From the IMG/VR virus record IMGVR_UViG_3300003320_000766: a stretch of DNA of 64,000 nt; one strand, given 5' to 3'. The translations under genes were made by a program, and so were the position numbers. Under the pieces are notes generated by a model. The model did no database searches, had not been told where the DNA came from, and saw only the letters and a list, made by a program, of their open reading frames with translations. This document shows positions 25,901 to 35,454 of this stretch, one piece after another. The stretch's first letter is position 1, and each line of letters starts with the position of its first letter. The DNA comes from a virus.

Positions 25901-27484
25901 GAATTCATACCTTTGTACATAGTATCCTCCATCTCTAAATGTATTTGAAATAGCATTTTTCACATTCTGGTCATACCATTCCAAAGTATCCATTTTTTCC
26001 ATATTCCCATTCTTATCTACCCGGTATTGCTGGCCAATTACAGCATATGGAGTACCTGCCAAGTATCCGATCAATCCCTGGTTATTTTCTATAATCCCAT
26101 CTGGACATGGGTAATCCAATGAATTACCACCATAGTTAGTTGCAAATCCACGAGGAAGCGCTAATCGTCCATCTTCCTTATCTTCAAACTTAGTGATAGG
26201 TACGCCTTGAATAGTTGTATAGACCCGTATTGTAACCGTTTTCAAGGTACACGAAGCGGAACTGGTATCAGGATTGTCTACTTTAATGATAATATTTTTA
26301 AGTGTTTCACAGTCCAAATTGTCATATCCATATAGATTATCGCACAACAAAATACTATCTCCGACAGCGGTTAAGGCATAACTCACAATGGGCATATCTG
26401 TTTGCACTCTTAATGTAGAATCTTCTGGTGAGAAAATAGCACATTCTTTATCACCACAATAAGTATAGGTGAATGTATTTGTTTCACCGTCAAATCGTGG
26501 AAGAGTTACTTCCCTTTCATATATTTTACCGGATTCGCATTTATTATATTTGTCAATAGTATCGTATAGATAAAAATCGCCGCCGCAGTTCCTAAACAAA
26601 ATTCTTATTTTTTCAACCAGTGGATTCCCTGCTTCCATGGTTATATCAACACATCTTGGATTATTGGTATTAAGATCAGTACAGCCACCTGCATTTACGA
26701 TAGTATTTATACTATAAGGAGAAAGGGTAGATGCTCTTCCATCAGTATATAAAAATTGATATGCGAACTGAATACTTTTGTTTCTAAGATTATTGTTCTT
26801 GCCAGCATCGCTTTTTTGAAATGGTAATTGCTTAACTACTGGACATTTCATTGGTGGTACAACTGCCCAGTTTATCAAATCACATTTATTTCGATGTGGC
26901 GCAACAGGAGTATAATAGGGAAACTTTTCTGCATCAAAACCATCTGTTTCAATTGAATTAAGTACATCAATCCAGCGATGCCAATTAAGGCCATCGACAA
27001 ATTTCAAGTATATAGATTTCACGGTTTTGTTCCCACTATTATCTACATCATAAACTACATGAACCGATACTCTGTTATCCAATGTAAATTTAGGGTCCAG
27101 GCTAAAATTTAGACATGCTCCTATATATATTATATCTACCTTTTGTGTATTACCGGACAATCTGTATATGCCATGCAGATTGTTCGAGTTCCAATTAAAC
27201 CAGTACATTTCATTTAACTCCTGGCATTCATACACGCCGATTCTTTTGTTTTTACCAGCTGGAAGTAATAATGTAGGCGCTGCATTTACATTTGCCCTTA
27301 TAGGAGTACCAATACCAAAATTGCTACCCTCAGTCGGAGTGTCCGATGAACCAGTAGCAATTTCTAAATTTTTATTAACGCTTATACGGTATCCTTTAAT
27401 ATATGCCGCCTCATCTTCTTTTAATACAGCTTCATCAGGGTCTGTAGCAACATATAGTGGTTTTCTTTTTTTTAACTGCTGCAT
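22922..27484 (-). CDS. Tail stabilization/nozzle (muzzle) protein, crAss-like
   Basis: 1520 aa, beta-rich; C-terminal GKRMFGTWVKMRL matches the crAss-like nozzle ending; synteny. Confidence 0.75.
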   Translation of the reverse strand: MQQLKKRKPLYVATDPDEAVLKEDEAAYIKGYRISVNKNLEIATGSSDTPTEGSNFGIGTPIRANVNAAPTLLLPAGKNKRIGVYECQELNEMYWFNWNSNNLHGIYRLSGNTQKVDIIYIGACLNFSLDPKFTLDNRVSVHVVYDVDNSGNKTVKSIYLKFVDGLNWHRWIDVLNSIETDGFDAEKFPYYTPVAPHRNKCDLINWAVVPPMKCPVVKQLPFQKSDAGKNNNLRNKSIQFAYQFLYTDGRASTLSPYSINTIVNAGGCTDLNTNNPRCVDITMEAGNPLVEKIRILFRNCGGDFYLYDTIDKYNKCESGKIYEREVTLPRFDGETNTFTYTYCGDKECAIFSPEDSTLRVQTDMPIVSYALTAVGDSILLCDNLYGYDNLDCETLKNIIIKVDNPDTSSASCTLKTVTIRVYTTIQGVPITKFEDKEDGRLALPRGFATNYGGNSLDYPCPDGIIENNQGLIGYLAGTPYAVIGQQYRVDKNGNMEKMDTLEWYDQNVKNAISNTFRDGGYYVQRYEFVVPAGTYIFRVASHKVKVTDVNYQQTSTFIYGQANIGTIGNEWAPSRTDFTTKEIVINACDGDVDTFKDYNKLVLDFMPPFLIDVDREKWFQGYITDTDEVDAKGIELLQYVVTEGFPQTIRGGIFTDHNGFYWMSVQRGGANNAEVVFWGEYECQMTTRSNPFLTTTAGKRPRGKKQFDQNISIKGSKGSYKLCNEVRVKGKVVDSDGNGISGISVVVTRGNATITNGEGEFTLKVHRGNIRDQASDRIIFNSLGGCPLVGMDCKCLPTFPYQHPISCSCPGERIYPINISLTAKYINTANRGLKGGGRYGIAIVGHDGAGRQTFANNITYIDVPTFLETGVFAPSVISWKVNDEFRLPQYIRYISFYITSNLNLASYIQWVGDKIQFLNARGEEVTTSDEAVRVKITVQSLLDFNKENNFATTVGYQFVAGDILRIYDDGNGNLFKVDADNSFMDYPILGTDFNETTEGQQVNEGEDQPDGKSFIIEYDKRMDKLKDKCAFWIEIMRPHKCENKELYYEICGTYPVENGMLMNGVTGGIFETWDTYYQNRIIRPKDCTAKTLAHPFESQSITDFWGNQCTSAGRVSTIDPQAEQKWYGNDTIKSDDFVNEGRVNGLGTFRAKNRKDFKGQEFGGIVSVHAERSIIVFICQNNWFLTDYNMNFLRVNAQGLVQTNLDNNLSDPHQKIGANYGCEFEDNSTIVYDDDGVAFWADRKNNNVIAMDYRTASGIAEIQNSGYFTEKFRYVSQHNNSLQPGKEYLENLIEIVAGKDVKHGEYMITFRPRRGLSESPYHYTNNEREIKISHQETFTFNLAEQRWMRWEGFTPEGYGILRHSVTGEELVTFMNGIPYFHNTTTTSTFNTFYGIEIDQVLTIVENFDPSKIKTFQSITVESTGLSYFIDMITTKEGDSFSYLPLAYFVNKEGVYYAEILCDMNSFPVDDKKYRSMLFDGKRMFGTWVKMRLVRDPRKKSAYNELNNIWTRLIGSERSEK

Positions 27485-27485
27485 A

Positions 27486-28520
27486 TTAAACCATTCTGCG
27501 TTTTGGACTAATTGTTCCTAAAAATTTCTTTAAAGAAAGGCGGTTTAAGATTCTGAATATATTTATTTTTTCAGCTTCATATAGACGTTCGAACTGTATT
27601 TGCCTTCTTTGTTGCGCAAGTGCGCTATATCCTGTTACTTTTTCAAAAGGTATACCTTGTAACATTACCCCATAAATTATTCCCATCCTGGCGATTACCG
27701 GCACTCTAATATCCCCTCCGTTTGAGTTAACATAATAACGTAAAAGAACGTGATCATATTTAAATTCAGAATCGAAAGTGATTCTATCTGAAAAATTCTC
27801 ATATCCATAAGTAAGTGGCGAACTGCAATATTTTGTTAAATCACAACCACATTCGACAGCAAATAAATTAGGACCGCAGCATTCATTAAGCTTATCTATA
27901 TTCGGTTGACAATTTTTAACACATCCACATTCTTCTGTTTCCAGCTTACAGATAAATTCTTTTTTTTCCTGTAACGTGGTAGATACAATTTCTCCATCTG
28001 CATATTCCGTAACAGGTATGCTATATTCATGATAGTAATCTCCATTGGGATAAATAGTCTTTCGAGAATATGTGTCAAATTGCTGCATTGTTCCATTCGG
28101 CATTGGTGCAGAAACTTTACCATATACAACTTCGTAATTTTTTACTTGACCACACAACTCATTATTGCAACCACATTTACAACCACAATGTCTTCCAGCC
28201 GATACATCTACAAAATCCTCAGTAATATTATTGTTTATGTCCAATGGTATAATTCTTCCATTTTCATCCACTATAGATATGGAAGATAATAGTAGAAAAT
28301 CACTTGGCAATTTAATTGAATTTGTTTGCTTATCCACTTCCATCAAATATCGCTTCGTCCATCGTATACTCATAAGATTTAAATCTCTGTATACATCTTT
28401 GGCTATCGAAAAATACTTTCTAAATCCAACGCCACGATAGTCATCAACTCTATCTAAGATAGATTGAACCACTTCAGCCAAGGATTCTGTGGCCATTATA
28501 GGACGGTTATTATCACTCAT
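27486..28520 (-). CDS. Tail tubular/ring protein, Cys-rich
   Basis: Directly upstream of the nozzle; LPSDFLLLSSI ring-protein-like segment; three Cys clusters. Confidence 0.55.
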   Translation of the reverse strand: MSDNNRPIMATESLAEVVQSILDRVDDYRGVGFRKYFSIAKDVYRDLNLMSIRWTKRYLMEVDKQTNSIKLPSDFLLLSSISIVDENGRIIPLDINNNITEDFVDVSAGRHCGCKCGCNNELCGQVKNYEVVYGKVSAPMPNGTMQQFDTYSRKTIYPNGDYYHEYSIPVTEYADGEIVSTTLQEKKEFICKLETEECGCVKNCQPNIDKLNECCGPNLFAVECGCDLTKYCSSPLTYGYENFSDRITFDSEFKYDHVLLRYYVNSNGGDIRVPVIARMGIIYGVMLQGIPFEKVTGYSALAQQRRQIQFERLYEAEKINIFRILNRLSLKKFLGTISPKRRMV

Positions 28521-28532
28521 TTTCTTTAAAAA

Positions 28533-28766
28533 TTAAAACAGGCTTGCAACATATTTACCTAATGCTTCATAATCCTTGGCTGCGGCCAGCTGCTGGACCA
28601 TATTCATATCCAAACTTTCCTTTACTGTATTCAACTTGTCTTCATCCGCAGCCTTTTCTTCAGAATCAGATGCTGTTTCTGCATTTTCGTATTCTTCCTG
28701 TAAGGACGCTGCTGGCTGGCTCGGCTGGGCTGCACCGACTTCTTGATATGTTTTTTGTAGGTCCAT
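28533..28766 (-). CDS. Hypothetical acidic 77-aa protein
   Basis: ORF track. Confidence 0.55.
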   Translation of the reverse strand: MDLQKTYQEVGAAQPSQPAASLQEEYENAETASDSEEKAADEDKLNTVKESLDMNMVQQLAAAKDYEALGKYVASLF

Positions 28767-28798
28767 TTGAAATTATTTTTTATTGTACCTATATAAAT

Positions 28799-28832
28799 TA
28801 GGGTAAATTGTTTATGAAACAAATTTACCCTA
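28799..28832 (-). terminator. AT-rich hairpin, possible terminator/attenuator
   Basis: TAGGGTAAATTGTTT-atg-AAACAAATTTACCCTA with one bulge, intergenic. Confidence 0.45.
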
Positions 28833-28851
28833 AAAATCTTATTTATGTCAA

Positions 28852-30708
28852 CTAAATGTTAACTGTTACCTGCGTGTTGGCACTAGCTGTAGCACCGTTG
28901 TTATCCACTACACTAAGCTTAAACACATATACCCCAGCGATTAATCCAGTTACCTGTGTTGTCAGCTGATTCGGTGACAGAATTTGAGACCCGGTAGTTA
29001 TATCTACCGGACCGGTAGCCAGCGTATGTCGGTATCCCTGTGTAACCGAACCGGAATTAGGCTGATAATAATTATTCGTATTTAAATTGGCTAATGCCAT
29101 AGTCAAGTACTGTACGTTATTGCTTTTTGTCACAATCGTATTGTAATCGTAATCCTGCGGGTTTTCAGTGTATATATAATAGGAATCGTAGTTATCTTGC
29201 CCGGCATTATTTCGTGGCGCTGCCAAGATATTATTCTGGGTAATCACTTGAAGGTTATCTGGCCCTCCCACTCCTGGGGTGCCTACACTTCCCTTATTGT
29301 ATTGTCCGTTTACCCTTAAAAGTGCGCCAGTAGGCCCATTTTTAACGAAAGTATTATTGCTTACAGTGATCTGGGCGGGATTGATCATTGTAATGTTATC
29401 TCCTATTACTCCAGCAAATGAAGCCATATCACCAGTAGCGCCACTCGCATCAACATTATAACAGAGATTGTTATGGAAAATATGTCCATCACCTTGACCA
29501 TAGAATTGCAGAAATTCACCCCATGCATCATGGAAAATGTTATCGTGAACATTAAATTCTTCTGATCTACCTCCGATCAGCATACCGCCATTATGCGCTC
29601 CATTTTGCTTTTGCGCCCAGCTGGTCACTTCATTTTGATAAATCTCTGCACCCTTTGTAGCGGATACCTGCAATGCGTCCTGACCCACTCTACGCACTAA
29701 GCAGTGGCTAATTTTAACATCCTGTATCTTCCTGGCTTGTTTATATCTGCTGGAATCAGGAACGGCGGTATATGGACCCGGATAATATGGTGCGTTAGGA
29801 TTCGCAAGAATATCCCAGTATTGGGAAGTGTGTCCAATGTAAAAAGCCTCATTATAGCAATCCTGCACGATTATACTGTCAAAATACATATATCCCAAAT
29901 AATTGCTACCATTCCACCATGTTGTTGAATCTCCAGCCAAGGGCTCAGTTTTTCCAACTATGGAAGTGCCTCCATTATTTACTGTCATTTGCACTACTTG
30001 CAAAAATTCACTCTTATTATCAAAAGACAAATTTCGATATGCGGTTTTATAGGGTTCGGATTCACCATTTGGTATATTCATATTGTTGCAGCCATTGATA
30101 ATAAAATTACTTGTGCTGGTTCCTGCAATAACAAAATACCGTGAATCATTTGAGGCTATTGCATATGATGGTGAACCATCTGCTGCCCAAGTAGGATTTC
30201 CCACTGTTGTGACTTGTCCAACTGGATTTCGAATTACGATTGGATTATTGGCTGAACCGACCAAATTATTTATGGTTACTGATCTGAAATTACCATCCAA
30301 TACAATCAGATCACCAGCAGTATAAGAACTGCCATTAATCACTAAATCACCATTGCCTGATGGGGTTAATGTAAAAGTTCTTGTCGGTTGCCAGTTACTC
30401 GGAGTAAAGCCAGAACCAACTACTTCTTGTGGACCTGAAAGCTTTGACCATGTTTTTGATGCAATAGTTCCATCTGGGTCAGAAGCAGTACCAGTTAAGG
30501 TCGCAGTACTACTAGTCACTGTTTGATTAGCCCCAGCATCTACCAATGGAGATTGATTGGGGGTTCCCAAATTATCCAATAATGTCTTCAGGTCTTCTAT
30601 GGTAAGTTCCACAAATCCATTACCAGAAGAGTTAACCCTTAAGAACACATTGGGTGTGTAAGTAGTTTTTCCAGTTCCTCCTAATGACACAGGTAATTTA
30701 GATGGCAT
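28852..30708 (-). CDS. Fibre/spike protein: PKD domain split by a parallel beta-helix
   Basis: LPVSLGGTG fibre motif; NQSPLVDAGANQ..SGP and GSQIL..VYVFKLSVVDNNGATASANTQVTV are two halves of a PKD domain around about 480 aa of beta-helix-like repeats. Confidence 0.7.
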   Translation of the reverse strand: MPSKLPVSLGGTGKTTYTPNVFLRVNSSGNGFVELTIEDLKTLLDNLGTPNQSPLVDAGANQTVTSSTATLTGTASDPDGTIASKTWSKLSGPQEVVGSGFTPSNWQPTRTFTLTPSGNGDLVINGSSYTAGDLIVLDGNFRSVTINNLVGSANNPIVIRNPVGQVTTVGNPTWAADGSPSYAIASNDSRYFVIAGTSTSNFIINGCNNMNIPNGESEPYKTAYRNLSFDNKSEFLQVVQMTVNNGGTSIVGKTEPLAGDSTTWWNGSNYLGYMYFDSIIVQDCYNEAFYIGHTSQYWDILANPNAPYYPGPYTAVPDSSRYKQARKIQDVKISHCLVRRVGQDALQVSATKGAEIYQNEVTSWAQKQNGAHNGGMLIGGRSEEFNVHDNIFHDAWGEFLQFYGQGDGHIFHNNLCYNVDASGATGDMASFAGVIGDNITMINPAQITVSNNTFVKNGPTGALLRVNGQYNKGSVGTPGVGGPDNLQVITQNNILAAPRNNAGQDNYDSYYIYTENPQDYDYNTIVTKSNNVQYLTMALANLNTNNYYQPNSGSVTQGYRHTLATGPVDITTGSQILSPNQLTTQVTGLIAGVYVFKLSVVDNNGATASANTQVTVNI

Positions 30709-30727
30709 AGTATGAATTTTAAAAATG

Positions 30728-33025
30728 TTAAGCTAATAGTGGAATCCTGGACCAAGTAGTGGAAGAATCTTTGACATACAATATTCCTCCTGTCGTTATT
30801 GATTTGCAAAGTATCATTGAGAAAACTGGCACTCCTGGATAAGCGGTGTTTAATGCAGCATCAGTTTGCTCCGTTGTAAAATCATCTCTTACCGCTTTAG
30901 TTTCAGCAGAAGCTACGCCCGATTTAAAAGCAAATTTTACTATATATTTTGTGCCAGTAAATTGAACTCCAATGATATCGTTCAATCCAGTGATGGGATA
31001 TGTAGTGGCTCCATCAATAGTTACAATACCCCCCGAAACCACTACATTTAATGTATTGGCAGCAGCAGTTTTCTTTATAAAAAATACTTTCCCTTTTGAT
31101 GGTGCTGACGGTAGTGTGGCAGTTAAATTTGCATTTGTCGTGTCAAACAAAATAGTTTCATCAGCTACTGAAAAAGTATAACTATTGGGTTTGGCAACAT
31201 CTTCTATTTTTGAGATAAACCAGTCATCATTTGGTTGTGTTCCTACCCCACGAACAGGGGGAGCCCATAAAGAATATACTCTCATATTTCCAGTATCGGT
31301 ATATTCAGTGATATGAGCATTTGAACCTCCTGTAGTTCGCTTAGTCACAGTAAATGCAGTATTGTTGCTTGGGCCTCCATGCTGTTCTATATAATAACCT
31401 GCTGTTCCAAGCGCAGTAGACTCTTTCCAACAACGTTTTCTTACATCGCCATAACTTGCTCCTTGAATATGACAATTAGTAATTGTCATCACAGCCCCAT
31501 CATCTACTGATGCCAATTGTTGATTAACTAAAGCATCTTCCAGAAATCTACAACCTTCCAATGTCAAAGCACCATTAGTAGTTTTTTGCTTAACTAATAC
31601 CCCTTGGTCCTGTGCGATATATTTATGATTTCCGCCAGAATTAGAATAGCCAAGGAATATACCATTTATCACTTTTATACCGTATGGTGTACCTCCAACG
31701 CCTGCTGAGATAACAGTGTCATCAATGAATATAGGATTAACAGTATTTTCAAAATAAGGATTCAATATATTAACTCCAATAGCTCCTACTACGTATATCC
31801 CATATGCATGCCCCTGTAAACAAGCGCCTATTAATGTAATCGCGGCACCTCCGTTTATATACACACCGTATCCAGGGAAACCACTTGTATAAATAGCTGA
31901 GAGTACAACTGCATTTACACCAATATCACAATGTATGGTTTTAGTATTCAATACACCATTAATACCTTCGAACCGTAAATTATTCAGGACTCCATCGTAT
32001 AGTCTATTTAAATACAGGAACGCACTGGTTGCGGTACAACCTTCGAATAAGAGAGTATCTACCGTAAATGTTGTTAAACCAGAAAGGATTATCCCATAGT
32101 TGAAAGTTCCTTTTACTGTGATGTTTTTCAATGATAGCTTTCTTTCATAGGTGGTAGACCCTACGGTATTAAAAGCTACTACTGAAGCAGTAGAATCCGT
32201 ACAATTGAATGTGAAGTTTTGTAATCTGTTCCCAGGATTTAATGACACTCCTGCTACATTATAAGTAGCGTTTTCTCCATCAATGTCATAGTCTACATAG
32301 CTTAATAAAATTGAATTGAGTCGTGTGGTATAATTGGTAGATACATTTTTTTTTAATCCGAACCATGATGTATATAGCGTTTGGCCATCCCATTTTCTTT
32401 TCAATCTTCCTATAGTTCGCCCAGGCACTTGAAAAATCAATCCGCTATCTGGTGTTTCTGTAGAAGTAGCATCCCAATATAACATGCCTCCTCCTCCATC
32501 TCCAGGCACCTCATATCCAAGTAAATTGACCCCCTTTTCAATGTCGGTAAATGATGAAAATTGTGATACACTGTTTGCTATATTAGGTGTTCCGTCTTCA
32601 CCGGGTAAACCTTGATCACCCTGATCACCTTTATCGCCTTTATCTCCTTTTGCTCCTGGGGTTCCTGGATTTCCAGGCACGCCTTGCGGACCTTGAAGGC
32701 CAGGGCTACCTGCTGCTCCTGTATCACCTTTATCTCCTTTATCTCCTTTGGGGCCAATTAATGAAACCCCTGTTGGCCATACACCTGCTGCTTTCGGACC
32801 ATATAATGTCCACGATGTTCTATTGAGATAATAAGCTCCATCTGCTCCAAGAGAATTTTGTGGCGCTGTTGTTCCTGATAAAATAGAACCAGAACTAATA
32901 TTTAGATAGGTTGCTATTTGAGTTAACAAAGCTCTCATCACGCTTTCCGTGATATCTCTGGTAGTATTATCATGAAGCTTGGATTCTATATCCTGAATGA
33001 GTGCATTAAAATTGGAATAGGACAT
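30728..33025 (-). CDS. Collagen-linked tailspike with pectin-lyase-like beta-helix
   Basis: About 19 Gly-X-Y triplets; [11 protein letters not shown] tailspike motif; beta-helix body; fibre C-terminal module. Confidence 0.8.
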   Translation of the reverse strand: MSYSNFNALIQDIESKLHDNTTRDITESVMRALLTQIATYLNISSGSILSGTTAPQNSLGADGAYYLNRTSWTLYGPKAAGVWPTGVSLIGPKGDKGDKGDTGAAGSPGLQGPQGVPGNPGTPGAKGDKGDKGDQGDQGLPGEDGTPNIANSVSQFSSFTDIEKGVNLLGYEVPGDGGGGMLYWDATSTETPDSGLIFQVPGRTIGRLKRKWDGQTLYTSWFGLKKNVSTNYTTRLNSILLSYVDYDIDGENATYNVAGVSLNPGNRLQNFTFNCTDSTASVVAFNTVGSTTYERKLSLKNITVKGTFNYGIILSGLTTFTVDTLLFEGCTATSAFLYLNRLYDGVLNNLRFEGINGVLNTKTIHCDIGVNAVVLSAIYTSGFPGYGVYINGGAAITLIGACLQGHAYGIYVVGAIGVNILNPYFENTVNPIFIDDTVISAGVGGTPYGIKVINGIFLGYSNSGGNHKYIAQDQGVLVKQKTTNGALTLEGCRFLEDALVNQQLASVDDGAVMTITNCHIQGASYGDVRKRCWKESTALGTAGYYIEQHGGPSNNTAFTVTKRTTGGSNAHITEYTDTGNMRVYSLWAPPVRGVGTQPNDDWFISKIEDVAKPNSYTFSVADETILFDTTNANLTATLPSAPSKGKVFFIKKTAAANTLNVVVSGGIVTIDGATTYPITGLNDIIGVQFTGTKYIVKFAFKSGVASAETKAVRDDFTTEQTDAALNTAYPGVPVFSMILCKSITTGGILYVKDSSTTWSRIPLLA
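32585..32757 (-). repeat. Collagen-like Gly-X-Y repeat
   Basis: [25 protein letters not shown]...GEDGTP. Confidence 0.9.
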
Positions 33026-33051
33026 GGCGTTTTTATTTTATAATACAAAGT

Positions 33052-33696
33052 CTATGCGTTCAATTGAGCAGCTGATAACTTAGTCTTTAGCATATCATCG
33101 ATATTTGGATTTTGATCTTTTGTTTTATCAATCGGTAAAGTGATCGTTCTTAATGCTTCTCTCCATACTAATTGACAAACCTTGAAAGAAATATTGTCTG
33201 GGATGATTGAATTCTCTTCATTCAAAGCCAAAAATGATTTTACTTTTTTGGCCCAATCCGGCAGATTTAATAATTTAACCCTATTCCCGTAAGGAATATA
33301 ATATGAAGCGCCAGAATCGTCTCTACAAATTGCACTTTCACTACCTGGAGGACTAGGATATAGTTGTAAACAATTAGCATTATTTTCTTCTGACAACGGA
33401 GTAATACTATATATTCCCGCATTGTCAGGCAGCGACAACACTTCTCCTGGTATATCTATAAATTTATCGCCAAATTCATCTTCCTTAATAGGTAGCACAT
33501 ATGGCTTTATCATCGAGTTTAGAGTAGAACTAAACCCCTCAGCAGTTTCCAGTTTATACAAATCGTATAACAGCGCTCCTTTGGCCATATGAACCATTTG
33601 TAAGAAATCTTCATATTCCAATTTCTTACTTCCTTCTTTCACATGGCCATTACTGTATACTTCCAAAATTACTGTCGCTACTATTTTTGCTGTCAT
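33052..33696 (-). CDS. Putative neck/ring protein
   Basis: 214 aa in the tail module; IDIPGEVLSLP segment resembles crAss-like ring proteins. Confidence 0.45.
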   Translation of the reverse strand: MTAKIVATVILEVYSNGHVKEGSKKLEYEDFLQMVHMAKGALLYDLYKLETAEGFSSTLNSMIKPYVLPIKEDEFGDKFIDIPGEVLSLPDNAGIYSITPLSEENNANCLQLYPSPPGSESAICRDDSGASYYIPYGNRVKLLNLPDWAKKVKSFLALNEENSIIPDNISFKVCQLVWREALRTITLPIDKTKDQNPNIDDMLKTKLSAAQLNA

Positions 33697-34346
33697 TGCA
33701 CTTTATTAAAAAGATAAACGTTTACCCAACTTAATGCGAAACAAAATGGTATCCAAATAATAAGCTGCCATACATCAAATCCCCATACCATACAGTTTGC
33801 TAACCAAAATAGAATTGTTCCCCAGAAACTGGCCATACATTTTATGCATTGAACGATTGGTTTTCTAATGTATTTTGAATATTTGTAGACTGGATATTCT
33901 TCAGAAAGAGTAAATATTATTTCTGTTTCCGTATCAGTTCTAATATCAATGACGATATCCTTACTTTTAAAGTAATCTTTTGTCCATAATTGCCATGCAT
34001 CCATCAATCTTTTTGCTGGTATCTCTCCCGCATTTCTGAATACAATAAAATATTTATTTTCATCTACTGTTACCGATGGAGCGCTAGGAAACATTTTTTG
34101 TATAGTGAACAATAACTCCAACAACTGATCTCCTTTAAATGGAATAAAATAGCTGCTTTTTTTCTTTGTTAGCCATTTATTAAAAAAATAAAACACCATT
34201 TCTCCCCGGTCCATTTCTGTTCCATCTGGAGCTGTAACGGTTTCACCACGAGTGGTAATATAGATGCCATTAATTACCATGGCAGAAAATATTAGTAATC
34301 CACTATACCACAAAAACATTTCTATAAAATCTACATGTGCTTCCAT
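33693..34346 (-). CDS. Multi-TM membrane protein with CxxC (DUF1360-like)
   Basis: Three hydrophobic segments; KPIVQCIKCMASFWG. Confidence 0.55.
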   Translation of the reverse strand: MEAHVDFIEMFLWYSGLLIFSAMVINGIYITTRGETVTAPDGTEMDRGEMVFYFFNKWLTKKKSSYFIPFKGDQLLELLFTIQKMFPSAPSVTVDENKYFIVFRNAGEIPAKRLMDAWQLWTKDYFKSKDIVIDIRTDTETEIIFTLSEEYPVYKYSKYIRKPIVQCIKCMASFWGTILFWLANCMVWGFDVWQLIIWIPFCFALSWVNVYLFNKVQ

Positions 34347-34347
34347 A

Positions 34348-35133
34348 TTAAAATATTCCTGCTTTTTTAAGTTCTAAAACACCATCTCTTAATTCTCCAT
34401 CACGAGTGTATATTGAATAAAGAGTGGTTATACCTTTAACTAGATATTGAAACGCATTTTTAGTCCATTCACTTTCTACACTGTTTTCCGGTGAAAATAC
34501 ATAGGTATCATCTGGATTATTCCTATATCCATACTGATATTCTTTTGGCATTTTTAGATAACGAATATCAACATTGGGTACTTCATAAGGACATATTTTT
34601 ATCCCCTCTTCCTCAAACAAACATCCAATTGGCTTTTCCAATGTTGGAAATTTATAGGGATGTTGAGTTCTACTGTCCCATTCAGATTGATCAACCAGAT
34701 TCACAGATTGGCTTTTACATTTTCCTCTGGCCACCTTCTCCTGTATTTGTTTTAAAGATGGGGCCAACGGGTCACCTGGGAGATCACATGAATTAATATC
34801 CTCATCCTCTTTTTCTTTTTTTTCTTCTCCAGCACAAGGACTGGAAAAATCAGAAGTTACATATATGGAAATGCCTAGCAAATTCCGCATATCTTCTGGA
34901 ATTTTTATCATTCCTCCAGTAACAGCTATTGATTGAGTTTTCATAAACGGTCTACCCAAATCAACTATTTTTTGAGTTGTTGGGTAAAGAGATGCGATTT
35001 CGTCCAACAGATAGTCTGTAACTAATCTGAAATGAGACTCAAAAACACGAGGAGGATATGACTGATTTTGCTCTTTATTGCCCTGAGACAATACTGCTTT
35101 AAGCACCATATCCATTGTAGCTAATGAAGACAT
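34348..35133 (-). CDS. Putative neck/ring (adaptor) protein
   Basis: ATG 35133 preferred; C-terminal IRYLKMP typical of adaptor proteins. Confidence 0.5.
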   Translation of the reverse strand: MSSLATMDMVLKAVLSQGNKEQNQSYPPRVFESHFRLVTDYLLDEIASLYPTTQKIVDLGRPFMKTQSIAVTGGMIKIPEDMRNLLGISIYVTSDFSSPCAGEEKKEKEDEDINSCDLPGDPLAPSLKQIQEKVARGKCKSQSVNLVDQSEWDSRTQHPYKFPTLEKPIGCLFEEEGIKICPYEVPNVDIRYLKMPKEYQYGYRNNPDDTYVFSPENSVESEWTKNAFQYLVKGITTLYSIYTRDGELRDGVLELKKAGIF

Positions 35134-35135
35134 AA

Positions 35136-35444
35136 TTAACCGTTTGATACACTTCCTACAATTGCTGTGATATCTGGACAAGGATTAGCCCCTGTAGTAA
35201 TATTAAGAGTTATACCTGAGCCACCGCAGTTGTTGCTTATTTTTATGGTATAAGATGTAGAGTACGATAATCCTGTGATGGTATATGGAGAGACTAATAC
35301 TCCATTAGGCTGTATTTGTACATTATTCGAATCCAGTATATAACTGGTATCTGGTTGCCCTTGTACCTTATGAAATACAGAAACTGTTTGATTAACAGCC
35401 GGTGTATTATTCCAGGTAATTGATGTGATTGTATACGAAGGCAT
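35136..35444 (-). CDS. FN3-like small virion protein
   Basis: TITSITW..YTITGLSYSTSYTIKISNNCGG..PCPDITAIVG. Confidence 0.65.
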   Translation of the reverse strand: MPSYTITSITWNNTPAVNQTVSVFHKVQGQPDTSYILDSNNVQIQPNGVLVSPYTITGLSYSTSYTIKISNNCGGSGITLNITTGANPCPDITAIVGSVSNG

Positions 35445-35454
35445 AAAATTTATT

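Noticed and set aside
32585-32757. Collagen-like repeat as a novelty
   Set aside because: Common in phage fibres; listed as a feature only.
11170-33025. RNA polymerase DxDxD candidates (HDFDN in the 2950-aa, DKDWD in the 572-aa, DYDID in the tailspike)
   Set aside because: Wrong context or incomplete motif; DYDID lies in a beta-helix spike.
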